Shown here one piece after another: positions 23,384 through 32,000 of a stretch of DNA of 32,000 nucleotides. Source of the DNA: an archaeon (GTDB lineage Archaea; Iainarchaeota; Iainarchaeia; Iainarchaeales; JANQMZ01); the NCBI GenBank assembly GCA_028279805.1, contig JANQMZ010000007.1, positions 210,001-242,000 of the forward strand. Reading direction: 5' to 3'. Position 1 is the stretch's first letter; each line of letters opens with the position of its first letter. Position numbers and translations under genes: made by a program. Below the pieces are notes generated by a model. It ran no database searches, was not told the DNA's origin, and worked only from the letters and a program-made list of their open reading frames with translations.

Positions 23384-24037
23384 ATGTATGCAGTATCTTC
23401 ATCCGGAGGAAAAGACAGCACTTTTGCATTGTTTAAGGCATTGGAACAAAATTTTAAAGTAACTCATCTGATTCATGTTTACAATCCGGATACTTCAAGG
23501 GTAAGATTTCATGGTTATAAGCCTGAAATGGTTTCAAAACAAGCTGAACTTTTAGGGCTAAAGGAAATTATAAAACCCACAAGATCTGAAAAATTTGAAC
23601 AGGATTTTGAACTTGTTTTAAAAGAAGCAAAAAAACAGGGAATAAAAGGGTTGATTTTTGGAAATCTTTTTCTTGAAGATGTAAGAGAATTTTATCAAAA
23701 AAATGTCACAAATGCAGGCCTGGAATATTATGATGTTTTATGGAAACAGCCGACTGAAAAAGTTTTAAAAAATTTTATTAAAACCGGTTTTAAAGCAATT
23801 ATAACTTCGGTTTGGTTAAAAAAACTTGATAAAAAATTTTTAGGAAAACATATTAATGAAAAATTTTTAAAAGAAATTAAAAAAGAAAAAAATGTTGATT
23901 TCTGCGGAGAAAACGGAGAATATCATTCTCTTGTTTTTAACGGGCCGTTATTCAAAAAACCGCTGGAATATGAAACATTTGGTGTTCATGAAGAAAAGGA
24001 AAACATTTTTTTGGATATAAGAAAAAAAGAAAATTAA
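23384..24037 (+). CDS. dph6: PP-loop ATPase of the MJ0570 / diphthine--ammonia ligase (Dph6) family
   Basis: The N-terminal SGGKDS PP-loop is MYAVSSSGGKDSTFAL, and the C-terminal signature is GENGEYHSLVFNGPLF (GExGE(F/Y)H..V.dxPxF). The length of 217 aa matches the stand-alone archaeal form. Confidence 0.78.
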   Translation: MYAVSSSGGKDSTFALFKALEQNFKVTHLIHVYNPDTSRVRFHGYKPEMVSKQAELLGLKEIIKPTRSEKFEQDFELVLKEAKKQGIKGLIFGNLFLEDVREFYQKNVTNAGLEYYDVLWKQPTEKVLKNFIKTGFKAIITSVWLKKLDKKFLGKHINEKFLKEIKKEKNVDFCGENGEYHSLVFNGPLFKKPLEYETFGVHEEKENIFLDIRKKEN

Positions 24038-24678
24038 ACTGCTTGTGCTTTTTCCTGTTTTCTTTTAAATCGTTTTAATCTGAACGTGTCTTCTCTTTCC
24101 ATTTCTTCAAGCCTTAACTGAATAAATTTGGCATCCAGTTCCATTGCGGGAATAATGTTGAATTCCAAAGCATTTACCCTGCGTTTTGTTTTGCCTATTT
24201 CCATCAATAATTTTTTTAAAGTGGTTTCAATTTCAGCTGCAATAATAATATTTTTAATTAAAGTGCCGTAACTTTTGGCGGCATCATCAATGTAAGCCGA
24301 TGTTCCAATTACACCATAACCTCTCTCATTAAACTTCCATTCTAAAACACTTGAATCTGAATCAATTTCAGGGACCCTTACACCCATAACCATTTTGCTG
24401 TTAACATTTAAATTTAATTCAGAAACTCTTCCAAGAGCAGCTGATTTAACAGAAAAAGTTCCTTCAATTGCCCTTGCAAGATTAATTGAATCAGTTGCTT
24501 TTTTAAAATTTTGATTTAACTCTGACTTCATTTCTTTTGCTTTTTCAAAAACTTTAAAAAATTCTCTTATTAAACCGTCTCTTTTTCTCTGAAGCAAAGA
24601 ATGCCCGGATTTTGCCAGCTTGATTTTTCTCCTCAGTTTTAATAACTCGGAACGAGTTGGTTTAATGTCTTTAGCCAT
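24034..24678 (-). CDS. atpD: A/V-type ATP synthase subunit D
   Basis: MAKDIKPTRSELLKLRRKIKLAKSGHSLLQRKRDGL is the typical subunit D N-terminus. This is the last gene of the operon, after atpB. Confidence 0.93.
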   Translation of the reverse strand: MAKDIKPTRSELLKLRRKIKLAKSGHSLLQRKRDGLIREFFKVFEKAKEMKSELNQNFKKATDSINLARAIEGTFSVKSAALGRVSELNLNVNSKMVMGVRVPEIDSDSSVLEWKFNERGYGVIGTSAYIDDAAKSYGTLIKNIIIAAEIETTLKKLLMEIGKTKRRVNALEFNIIPAMELDAKFIQLRLEEMEREDTFRLKRFKRKQEKAQAV

Positions 24679-24687
24679 TTTTTCACT

Positions 24688-26115
24688 TTATTCTTTTTCA
24701 GTAACAGTTTCTTTTTCTTTCTCTTCAGGTTTTTGTTCCTGAACATTTTCTTCCACAGGTTTTTCAGTGTAATATTTTTCAATTAATTCTTCATCAATTC
24801 TTGTTAACTCTGTTCTCGGCAACAAGGATAACAAGTCCCAGCCAAGATTTAATGTGTCATCAATTGACCTGTTTTCATGGTTTCCCTGTGCAATAAATTT
24901 TTGTTCAAAATTGTCTGCAAATTTTAAAAATCGTTTATCCCTGTCACTCATTGCTTCCTCACCAACAATTGTAACAAGCCCTCTTAAATCCCGTCCCTCT
25001 GCATAAGCAGCATACAGCTGATTCGAAACCGCTTTATGGTCCTCTCTTGTTTGTTTCGGGCCTATGCCTGCATTCATTAACCTGCTTAAACAGGGCAGAA
25101 CATCAATAGGCGGCATGATTCCTTTTCTGTTCAAATCTCTTCCCAGAACAATTTGCCCCTCGGTAATATACCCTGTCAAATCGGGAACAGGATTTGTAAT
25201 GTCATCTCCTGGCATTGTTAAAATTGGCACCTGTGTAACAGAGCCTTGTTTGTTTTTGATTAAGCCTGCTCTTTCATAAATGCTTGCCAAATCTGTATAC
25301 ATGTAACCAGGATAACCACGCCTGCCCGGAACTTCTTCTCGTGCCGCGCCTATCTCCCTTAAAGCTTCACAGTAATTTGTCATGTCAGTCAAAATAACAA
25401 GCACGTCCATTTTTTCTTCAAAAGCCAGGTATTCTGCGGTTGTCAAAACCATTCTTGGCGTAATTAACCTTTCAATTGCAGGGTCGTCTGCCAGATTCAA
25501 AAAAATTGCAGTTCTTTCCAGTGCACCTGTCTCCTCAAAATCACGGATAAATTGCTGGGCTTCCTCGCTTGTAATTCCCATAGCCCCAAACACAACTGCA
25601 AAATTTCCTCCTTTGGCTTTGGATTGTCTTGCAATCTGTAACGCAATTTCATTGTGAGGCAAACCTGAACCTGAAAAAATCGGCAGCTTTTGTCCTTTAA
25701 CCAAAGTATTCATTCCGTCTATTGTTGAAATGCCTGTCTGAATAAAATCTTTAGGAGAATCTCTTGAAAAAGGGTTGATAGCAGCGCCATTAACATCTTT
25801 TTTTTCTTTTGGAATAATTTCAGGACCTTTGTCTATCGGTTTTCCAAGACCTGAAAAAACTCTGCCAAGCAAATCTTTTGACACGCCAAGCCGGATTGTT
25901 TTTCCCGTAAATTTAACAGTTGAAGCTTTTTCTATTCCGGATGTTCCTTCAAAAACCTGTACAACAACAACATCTTCAGATGTGTCCAGTACTTGTCCGT
26001 TTTTTTTCTCAGAACCCAAATCTATTTCAACCAATTCTCCGAATGAAACGTCGTGTGTTTTTTCAACAAAAATTAAAGGGCCTGCAACTTTTGAAATTGT
26101 TTTATATTCCTTCAT
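24688..26115 (-). CDS. atpB: A/V-type ATP synthase subunit B
   Basis: [19 protein letters not shown]...; the non-catalytic nucleotide-binding subunit pattern is [20 protein letters not shown]. The C-terminus has a Glu/Lys-rich tail. Confidence 0.95.
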   Translation of the reverse strand: MKEYKTISKVAGPLIFVEKTHDVSFGELVEIDLGSEKKNGQVLDTSEDVVVVQVFEGTSGIEKASTVKFTGKTIRLGVSKDLLGRVFSGLGKPIDKGPEIIPKEKKDVNGAAINPFSRDSPKDFIQTGISTIDGMNTLVKGQKLPIFSGSGLPHNEIALQIARQSKAKGGNFAVVFGAMGITSEEAQQFIRDFEETGALERTAIFLNLADDPAIERLITPRMVLTTAEYLAFEEKMDVLVILTDMTNYCEALREIGAAREEVPGRRGYPGYMYTDLASIYERAGLIKNKQGSVTQVPILTMPGDDITNPVPDLTGYITEGQIVLGRDLNRKGIMPPIDVLPCLSRLMNAGIGPKQTREDHKAVSNQLYAAYAEGRDLRGLVTIVGEEAMSDRDKRFLKFADNFEQKFIAQGNHENRSIDDTLNLGWDLLSLLPRTELTRIDEELIEKYYTEKPVEENVQEQKPEEKEKETVTEKE

Positions 26116-26118
26116 TTT

Positions 26119-27879
26119 TTATCCTCCAATTAAACCATTAACCTCTTTTTCAATTTTTTCAGAAATTTCACTGATTTTTTTGTTAAAATTTTTTTCTTCA
26201 ATTAATCTTGCTTTAACAAGCTCGTTTTTACTTTCAATGTTTGTAACAGCTTCGACACTGACACCTTTATCTACAGCATTTTCCGCCAAATCTCCAAATG
26301 AAATAATTGCTTTTAACAATCCGGATTGTTTTTTTAAAGAACAAAAAGAATCAATTTCATGAAAAGCATTCTGCTGCAAAAAAGCTTCCCTGATAATTCT
26401 TGCAATTTCCAATGTTAACCTTTCTTTTTCCGGTAAAGAATCAGAACCAACAAGCTGAACAATTTCCTGCAGTTCGTCTTCTTTTTGCAGAATATTCATT
26501 GCCTTTGTTCTTAAATAAATTGAATCCTTTGAAACATTGTCAACATACCATTGCTTTAACGGCTCATTATACAAAGAATAAGAATTCAGCCAGTTAATTG
26601 CCGGAAAATGCCTTCTGTGAGCCAATTTTGCGTCCAATGCCCAGAAAACTTTTGTAATTTTTAACGTATTTTGGGTTACAGGTTCAGAAAAATCTCCGCC
26701 TGGCGGGGACACAGCACCTATTGCTGTAACCGAACCAATTCTTTTTTTGTCAGAGCCTAAACAGCTTACCCGGCCGGCCCTTTCATAAAATTCAGCCAGT
26801 CTTGCAGCAAGATATGCAGGATAACCTTCTTCACCCGGCATTTCCTCCAGTCTTGATGAAATTTCTCTCATTGCTTCAGCCCATCTTGAAGTTGAATCCG
26901 CCATCAATGAAACATCATAACCCTGGTCTCGAAAATATTCTGCAATTGTCATTCCGGTATAAATTGAAGCTTCTCTTGCAGCCACCGGCATGTTGGATGT
27001 GTTTGCAATTAAAACAGTTCTTTCCATTAACGGCCTGCCGGTTTTAACATCCTGCAATTCCGGAAATTCTGTTAAAACTTCCGTCATTTCGTTTCCTCTT
27101 TCACCACAGCCGATATAAACAACGATTTCAGCATCAGACCATTTGGCTAACTGTTGTTGTGTAACCGTTTTTCCGGAACCGAACGGTCCTGGAATGCTTC
27201 CTGTTCCACCTTTTGCAATCGGAAAAAAAGTATCCTGCAGTCTTTGTCCTGTGATTAAAGGAATTTCAGGAAACAGTTTTTCTTTTGAAGGCCTTGGCCT
27301 TCTTACAGGCCAGTAATGGCCCAGATATAATTTTTCACCGTTGTCTAATTCGCCAATTGTTTCTTTTACGGTAAAAGAACCTGATTTAATTTTTTTAATT
27401 TTGTGTGAAACTTTTCCGGTAATTGTAGGCGGAATCATTATTTTGTGAACAATGTTTTCTGTTTCCTTAACAGTGCCAATCACATCCCCGCCTGAAACTT
27501 TGTCACCTTTTTTTACTGTTGCATTAAATTTCCACTTTTTTTTAACATCCAAGCCGGGAACATCTGCTCCTCTTAAAATAAAATTTCCCATTTGTTTTAC
27601 AAGAACAGGCAAAGGCCTCTGAATTCCGTCATAAATCTGTCCAAGCATTCCCGGTCCCAGAAAAATTGACAAAGGTTTTCCTGTGTTTGAAACTTTTTCT
27701 CCCGGTTTTAATCCGGTTGTTTCCTCATAAACCTGAATTGTAACTTTGTCGCCGGAAATCTGAATAACCTCACCCATTAATTCTTCTTCACCGACTTTAA
27801 CCAAGTCATACATTCTTGCTTTCAGTCCCTGTGCAACAACAACAGGTCCGGAAATTCTGTAAATTTTTGCTACTTCCAT
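26119..27879 (-). CDS. atpA: A/V-type ATP synthase catalytic subunit A
   Basis: The Walker A motif is GPFGSGKTV, and [13 protein letters not shown] and [10 protein letters not shown] are present. The protein is 586 aa with no intein. Confidence 0.96.
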   Translation of the reverse strand: MEVAKIYRISGPVVVAQGLKARMYDLVKVGEEELMGEVIQISGDKVTIQVYEETTGLKPGEKVSNTGKPLSIFLGPGMLGQIYDGIQRPLPVLVKQMGNFILRGADVPGLDVKKKWKFNATVKKGDKVSGGDVIGTVKETENIVHKIMIPPTITGKVSHKIKKIKSGSFTVKETIGELDNGEKLYLGHYWPVRRPRPSKEKLFPEIPLITGQRLQDTFFPIAKGGTGSIPGPFGSGKTVTQQQLAKWSDAEIVVYIGCGERGNEMTEVLTEFPELQDVKTGRPLMERTVLIANTSNMPVAAREASIYTGMTIAEYFRDQGYDVSLMADSTSRWAEAMREISSRLEEMPGEEGYPAYLAARLAEFYERAGRVSCLGSDKKRIGSVTAIGAVSPPGGDFSEPVTQNTLKITKVFWALDAKLAHRRHFPAINWLNSYSLYNEPLKQWYVDNVSKDSIYLRTKAMNILQKEDELQEIVQLVGSDSLPEKERLTLEIARIIREAFLQQNAFHEIDSFCSLKKQSGLLKAIISFGDLAENAVDKGVSVEAVTNIESKNELVKARLIEEKNFNKKISEISEKIEKEVNGLIGG

Positions 27880-28169
27880 AAGTCCACCCCAACATTTTGT
27901 TTAATCATTTCACGCAGGCTTACTTCCTGCCCGGTTTCAGATAATGTCACTATAACCGGTGTAACAGCCTTTTCAAGCCTTTTTTTTGTGTTAAAAGATA
28001 ATGCCTGAAAATCTTTTTCCTCCATTACCAGCACACCAAAATCCTGGTTGCCGATTAGCCTGTTTACTTTTTCATCAATCTCTTTGTCTGTTACAACAAA
28101 AGAATGTTTTAAACCTGCCAACTGAAAGCCTGTTACAAAATCATCAGAACCAATTATTGCCATTTCCAT
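27870..28169 (-). CDS. atpF: A/V-type ATP synthase subunit F
   Basis: 99 aa, with [18 protein letters not shown] typical of subunit F. It overlaps the atpA start by 10 nt and abuts the atpC stop. Confidence 0.88.
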   Translation of the reverse strand: MEMAIIGSDDFVTGFQLAGLKHSFVVTDKEIDEKVNRLIGNQDFGVLVMEEKDFQALSFNTKKRLEKAVTPVIVTLSETGQEVSLREMIKQNVGVDLWK

Positions 28170-29147
28170 TCAAATCACCAAATGCTGTTCTATTATTTCA
28201 GAATCAATATTGTTATGTTTTCCTCTTATAATCAAACGCAAATTCCTCACTTCATTTTCTTTTGCCAAAAAATAACCCAAAACAGGTGCAAAAGTTCTTT
28301 TAAAAATATGAACTTTTCTTATAGCAGTTTTGAGCAATTTTTTTCTTAAACTTAACGGGTTTTCAGGTTCTGATTCTTTTGACTTAATCTTTTTTTTATT
28401 GTTGTCAAATCCTTTAATTAAATATTTTTCAATTTCTTCATCTTCAAATCCTTCATTTTTTGCCCTTATTTTATTCAACTGGTTTAAAATTTTGACTTCA
28501 TCCGACATGTATTTTTTTAATTCGGGCTGGCTTTCCTGAACAACAAACTCGTAATAATATTTATCCAGTTCATCTTCCAGAACTCCCAGATTTTCCTGAT
28601 TGCTTCTTAAAATTTCATAATAAGGTTCGTTTTTAAGCATTAGAACAGCTTCATCAAAATCTGAAGCATTTTCAACAATGTTTTCAAAAAATTGTTTTAA
28701 ATGTTCATCAAAAACAATCAGGTTGTTTAAAATTTCACTTTTTGATGTTTTTGTCAGTTTTCCTCTTAAAATTGTTTTAACATTAAAAATTTCCCATTTT
28801 TTTAAATATAATCCAATCTGGTGTCTGGCGTTTTTCATTGAAAAGCTGTAAATTTTTTTAAACGTATTTTCAAGATTTTTATTCAATCCGTATTCAATTA
28901 AAACAACGCCTGAATATTTTAAAGCCAGTTCACTTATTTCTTTTCTGTAAGTTGTTTCACCCAAATATCTTGTAAGTTCATTTACACTCATTTTCAAAAG
29001 TTTTTGGTAATCATTTTCTGTTAAAAGTTCATGTTTCATCGCCCTTACTCTTGTATTGGTGTAAGCAAAACCTCTTCTGTTTTCAGAAAGATTATTCAAA
29101 TAAATTTTTTGCAAGTTCATTAAAATTTTCCTCTTTAATTCTTTCAA
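28170..29147 (-). CDS. atpC: A/V-type ATP synthase subunit C (eukaryotic d homologue)
   Basis: It has the N-terminal FAYTNTRVRAMKHELL motif, the right size and the right operon position. The start is uncertain: ATG 29147, ATG 29120, or a TTG overlapping the atpE stop. Confidence 0.85.
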   Translation of the reverse strand: MKELKRKILMNLQKIYLNNLSENRRGFAYTNTRVRAMKHELLTENDYQKLLKMSVNELTRYLGETTYRKEISELALKYSGVVLIEYGLNKNLENTFKKIYSFSMKNARHQIGLYLKKWEIFNVKTILRGKLTKTSKSEILNNLIVFDEHLKQFFENIVENASDFDEAVLMLKNEPYYEILRSNQENLGVLEDELDKYYYEFVVQESQPELKKYMSDEVKILNQLNKIRAKNEGFEDEEIEKYLIKGFDNNKKKIKSKESEPENPLSLRKKLLKTAIRKVHIFKRTFAPVLGYFLAKENEVRNLRLIIRGKHNNIDSEIIEQHLVI

Positions 29148-29655
29148 GAATTATTTCAAAAGTTTGGTCAACACGAATTGTTTTGTCCGCATTTTCCAGA
29201 ATCACGCCTCCAAGGCATTCAATTTCACCTGAAAAAGACAATTCAGGAAAAGCTTTCATGACAAACTTTTTATCCTCTTTATTGGAATAAAAAAATTTAG
29301 CATCAGGAAGCTCGTTTAAACCTATTTTAACAGTATTTTCAAGCACTTTTTCTTTTTGTTTTTTTGGCATTTTTTTGATTTTGTCAAAGGTTTTTTCCAT
29401 GATATCCCGTACAACATCTCTTTTGAATTTCATTGACTTTTTTTTAATCAAAATTTCAGTTGCAGAAATTTCTTTCCTGTCAAATTCCTGTGCAAATTCA
29501 AGCGTTTTTTTCTTTGTTTTTGCATGAAGTTTGTCTGCTTTTTTCCGCGCTTCTTTTTCAAGCGAAGACGCTTCCTGTTGCGCTTGTGAAACTATGCGTT
29601 TCTCTTCTTCATGCGCTTGTGACAGTATGCCATCCAATACTTTTTTGAGAGTCAT
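29092..29655 (-). CDS. atpE: A/V-type ATP synthase subunit E
   Basis: 187 aa. The N-terminal helix is rich in A/E/K (ILSQAHEEEKRIVSQAQQEASSLEKEARKKA) and the C-terminus is globular. aaggag lies upstream of the ATG. Confidence 0.88.
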   Translation of the reverse strand: MTLKKVLDGILSQAHEEEKRIVSQAQQEASSLEKEARKKADKLHAKTKKKTLEFAQEFDRKEISATEILIKKKSMKFKRDVVRDIMEKTFDKIKKMPKKQKEKVLENTVKIGLNELPDAKFFYSNKEDKKFVMKAFPELSFSGEIECLGGVILENADKTIRVDQTFEIILERIKEENFNELAKNLFE

Positions 29656-29684
29656 TTTTTCTCCTTAAAAAACTTTTTCAATTT

Positions 29685-29912
29685 TTAACCGGCTAATCCG
29701 ATTATCAGAATGCTTGTAACAAGTCCAAAAATGACAATTGTTTCAGGTATAACCATTAGAATCAATGAAGGAACAAAAAGTTTTTCATTTTCAGCTAATG
29801 CTCCCAAAGCAGCTGTGCCTATTTCAGTTTCTGCTTTTGCCGCAGAATACGCGGATATTCCGATTGCAAAAGCCGCTGCAAATGCAACCATTCCCAATTC
29901 AAGTTCTACCAT
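29685..29912 (-). CDS. atpK: A/V-type ATP synthase proteolipid subunit K (c), single hairpin, 75 aa
   Basis: It has two TM helices with the conserved carboxylate in VIPETIVIFGLV. ggaggag lies 8 nt upstream of the ATG. Confidence 0.9.
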   Translation of the reverse strand: MVELELGMVAFAAAFAIGISAYSAAKAETEIGTAALGALAENEKLFVPSLILMVIPETIVIFGLVTSILIIGLAG

Positions 29913-29972
29913 CTTTTAATCTCCTCCTGTTTTTTTTACCATATTAAAAGTTAGGTAAGTATAATTTTTTAT

Positions 29973-31784
29973 TTAATCCCCTCTTTTCCACCCGAAAGGC
30001 ATATATCTTATGCCATTTCCTTTGTAAAATTTTGTAAAAAATTCAACATAATGCAATCTCATGCTCTGAATAAATGAGCCCATTACTCCGAGCCACAAAT
30101 TTATTGCATGCCCCAACAAAATTACTATTAAGCCTATAATAAAACCTGTAATACCGTTCCAGATATGCTGTCCTGCCAGATTATTTATAATTAAGGCAAG
30201 CTGCACTGAAGATAATCCTATTCCAAAAAGTCTTGCATATGAAATAATGTGTCCTACTGCTGACGGAATTTCAATTATTCCTGCAAACCCTTCCCCTTTA
30301 ACCATTAAAACCAATGCGATTAGTGAAATTATCCCGCCTGAAATTAATCCAAAGCTGATCATTCCAAAGTTTTCCAAAATAACAAGCGCAACTCCTAACT
30401 CCAGCAAAATCCATGAAATTCCTTCCTCAATCGCCCCCATCAAACCATGTTTTGCAAAACCGTTTACAGCCTTTAAAACAAAACCAAGGTTTATGTGTAA
30501 TACGCCCACCAGCACTGAAATTAAAAGCATTTGAGTAATTCCATGAACCCTGTTAATCAAAGGATTGTGAACAAACTCTACTCCAAAAAATTCTGCAAAA
30601 ACAAATCCAAAAAATATTGTTGAAATGCTTGAAAGCAAAAGAATTGTCAAAAGATTTTTCAGCTGTTTTCCTGGCTTTAAAAGCCTTAAACCGGTGTAAG
30701 ATATCAAAAAAACAAGCAAGCCGTAACCCACGTCTCCAAGCATAAAACCGAAAAATAAAGGAAAAGTTATTGAAAACAAAACGGTGGGATCTAATTCATA
30801 ATATTTTGGCAAAGAATACAAGTCCAGAAACAGTTCAAAAGCATTTGTTGGTTTAGGATTTTCAAGCTTTGTAGGAGCTTTTTCCCCGGCGTCAAATTTT
30901 TCAATATGAATTCTTTTTTTTGCAGCCAGACTTAAAGAATTTTCAAATTTTTGCAAGCTTTCAGCAGGAATCCAGCCGTTTACAAAAAAAGAACGCATGG
31001 ATGAAGCAAACTGAAGAGGCGCTTCAGCTTTTTCATTTAACTGTGTTAAAGCCTGTTCAAATGAATTGATAAAAAGTTTATGTTTTTTTTTAATTGCCCT
31101 TAATTCTTTTCTTTTAAGCCTTATTTTTTTTCTGACGCTTGCCAGCATTGATTCAAGTTCTTTTTTTGATTCGTCAAACTTGATTTCAGATTCAGCAAAA
31201 CCATGTGACAATAAAATTTTTCTGGTTTTCTCTTCCTCTGAAAGAGGAACAACAAGAATGAAAGCATTAGCTGTTTCCTCATTGTTTCCCATTAAATAAT
31301 ATGACTTGACTTCATTTTTCAGTTCAGGTTCGAAATCTGACTGGCAAACTCCCTTAAACAGTTTAACATTTGAATAACCTTTAAGCAAAAAAGGCTTAAC
31401 ATTAAGATTCAAAACAGGTTCTTCAAGTTTTCTTTTAATTGCCTCTCTTTCCTTCCTTAATCCAGTTAATTCAGAGTTTAGAAATTTAACTTCCTCAAAA
31501 ATTTTGACAAATCTTGCATTAGCCTGTGAAATGTTTTCAATTTTTTTAATTTTTTTGCTTTTCCTGATTTTTAACAAGTCAATAACAGAACGCAGTTCAA
31601 CCAAAGTCTTTGAATATTCTGAAGCTTCATCAAAAGAATTGCCTGAATTAAAAAAATCATTTTCTTTTTTTTTGAAAGGATTCACATGCAAAAGATTTAA
31701 GTCATACAATGAGCCTATAATTTCCTTCATCAAATTTTTAGGGCCGGAAATTCTGACCTTAACCATTTCTTCAGCGTGAAACAC
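29973..31784 (-). CDS. atpI: A/V-type ATP synthase subunit I (a)
   Basis: The start is GTG (MFHAEEMVKVRISG...). The N-terminal half is a soluble coiled coil and the C-terminal half is polytopic membrane. The conserved region SYARLFGIGLSS and the RLHYVEFF motif are present. Confidence 0.93.
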   Translation of the reverse strand: MFHAEEMVKVRISGPKNLMKEIIGSLYDLNLLHVNPFKKKENDFFNSGNSFDEASEYSKTLVELRSVIDLLKIRKSKKIKKIENISQANARFVKIFEEVKFLNSELTGLRKEREAIKRKLEEPVLNLNVKPFLLKGYSNVKLFKGVCQSDFEPELKNEVKSYYLMGNNEETANAFILVVPLSEEEKTRKILLSHGFAESEIKFDESKKELESMLASVRKKIRLKRKELRAIKKKHKLFINSFEQALTQLNEKAEAPLQFASSMRSFFVNGWIPAESLQKFENSLSLAAKKRIHIEKFDAGEKAPTKLENPKPTNAFELFLDLYSLPKYYELDPTVLFSITFPLFFGFMLGDVGYGLLVFLISYTGLRLLKPGKQLKNLLTILLLSSISTIFFGFVFAEFFGVEFVHNPLINRVHGITQMLLISVLVGVLHINLGFVLKAVNGFAKHGLMGAIEEGISWILLELGVALVILENFGMISFGLISGGIISLIALVLMVKGEGFAGIIEIPSAVGHIISYARLFGIGLSSVQLALIINNLAGQHIWNGITGFIIGLIVILLGHAINLWLGVMGSFIQSMRLHYVEFFTKFYKGNGIRYMPFGWKRGD

Positions 31785-32000
31785 TTTTCAATTCCTCTAA
31801 AAATTTTTTAAAAATAAAATTAACCTGTTTTGAAGTTTTTGGAATTACCTTTTTCTTCAAAGAATTCAACTTTTTTTCAGCTTTTACCTTAATTTCTTTT
31901 TTCTTTTTTTCAATTTTTTTCTCTTCCTGTGAAAAAATTTTTTCACGGAATTTAGCATCATTTTTTTCAGCATTAATTCCGACCTGAAGAGCTGATTTTT
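31771..32000 (-). CDS. atpH: A/V-type ATP synthase subunit H-like, C-terminal part (5' end of the gene lies beyond the right edge)
   Basis: Not in the ORF track. My minus-strand translation is ...KSALQVGINAEKNDAKFREKIFSQEEKKIEKKKKEIKVKAEKKLNSLKKKVIPKTSKQVNFIFKKFLEELKSVSR*. It is Lys/Glu-rich and helical, it overlaps the atpI GTG by 14 nt, and it sits in the position expected for ahaH/atpH. Confidence 0.55.
   Translation of the reverse strand, partial: KSALQVGINAEKNDAKFREKIFSQEEKKIEKKKKEIKVKAEKKLNSLKKKVIPKTSKQVNFIFKKFLEELKSVSR

Noticed and set aside
23320-23421. N-terminal extension of argS to 23421
   Set aside because: It would create a divergent 5'-5' overlap with the dph6-like gene, whose canonical SGGKDS N-terminus starts at 23384. 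The ATG at 23319 leaves a 64-nt divergent promoter region.
25775-26362. 195-aa plus-strand ORF, and other antisense ORFs inside atpA/atpB, argS (22617-23069), the RSH gene (20272-20604), leuS and alaS
   Set aside because: All lie antisense to highly conserved, motif-verified genes. Their Ser/Phe/Pro/Leu-rich composition is what the reverse frame of Lys/Glu-rich AT-biased genes produces.
26119-27879. Possible intein in the ATPase catalytic subunit A (common in archaea)
   Set aside because: At 586 aa, the P-loop GPFGSGKTV is followed directly by the normal [25 protein letters not shown] sequence, so there is no insertion.
1-32000. CRISPR arrays, tandem repeats, transposases and restriction or defence genes
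   Set aside because: Reading both strands, I saw no regularly spaced direct repeats and no recognisable defence or mobile-element proteins. The only repeated element is the short tRNA-leader module reported above.

Overview
This is an AT-rich archaeal chromosome segment. The evidence is archaeal-type 16S/23S rRNA, an A1AO (A/V-type) ATPase operon and archaeal-type AlaRS/LeuRS. The many small lineage-specific ORFs and the low GC suggest a small-genome DPANN-like archaeon, but that is inference only. Layout: (i) 1-6.3 kb holds two UbiA-family prenyltransferases (one cut by the left edge and absent from the ORF track), tRNA-Glu, several membrane or secreted proteins of unknown function (including a striking Tyr/His-rich secreted protein), two sub-60-aa ORFs (one eL41-like) and a HEAT-repeat protein. 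(ii) 6.3-11.6 kb is an rRNA operon, 16S - tRNA-Ala(UGC) - 23S, with no 5S, no introns, and a bulge-helix-bulge processing stem around the 16S. (iii) 11.6-13.8 kb holds a membrane-anchored protein, an RNase P RNA (my call from conserved motifs), a novel membrane/coiled-coil protein and a small His/Asp/Glu-rich anchored protein. (iv) 13.8-24 kb has alaS-leuS on the plus strand converging on argS, a full-length RelA/SpoT homologue and a Nudix protein on the minus strand, followed by a dph6-like PP-loop ATPase. (v) 24-32 kb is a complete atpH-I-K-E-C-F-A-B-D operon on the minus strand. The most interesting signals are: the long RSH (HD hydrolase motifs intact, synthetase motifs degenerate, TGS and ACT domains present) sitting among three aaRS genes in an archaeon, followed directly by a Nudix protein with a degenerate Nudix box; a conserved structured leader module (hairpin - GCGGAGT - hairpin) that abuts the 5' end of both tRNAs, with a third partial copy; and two unusual His-rich extracytoplasmic small proteins. 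I found no CRISPR array, transposase or integrase.
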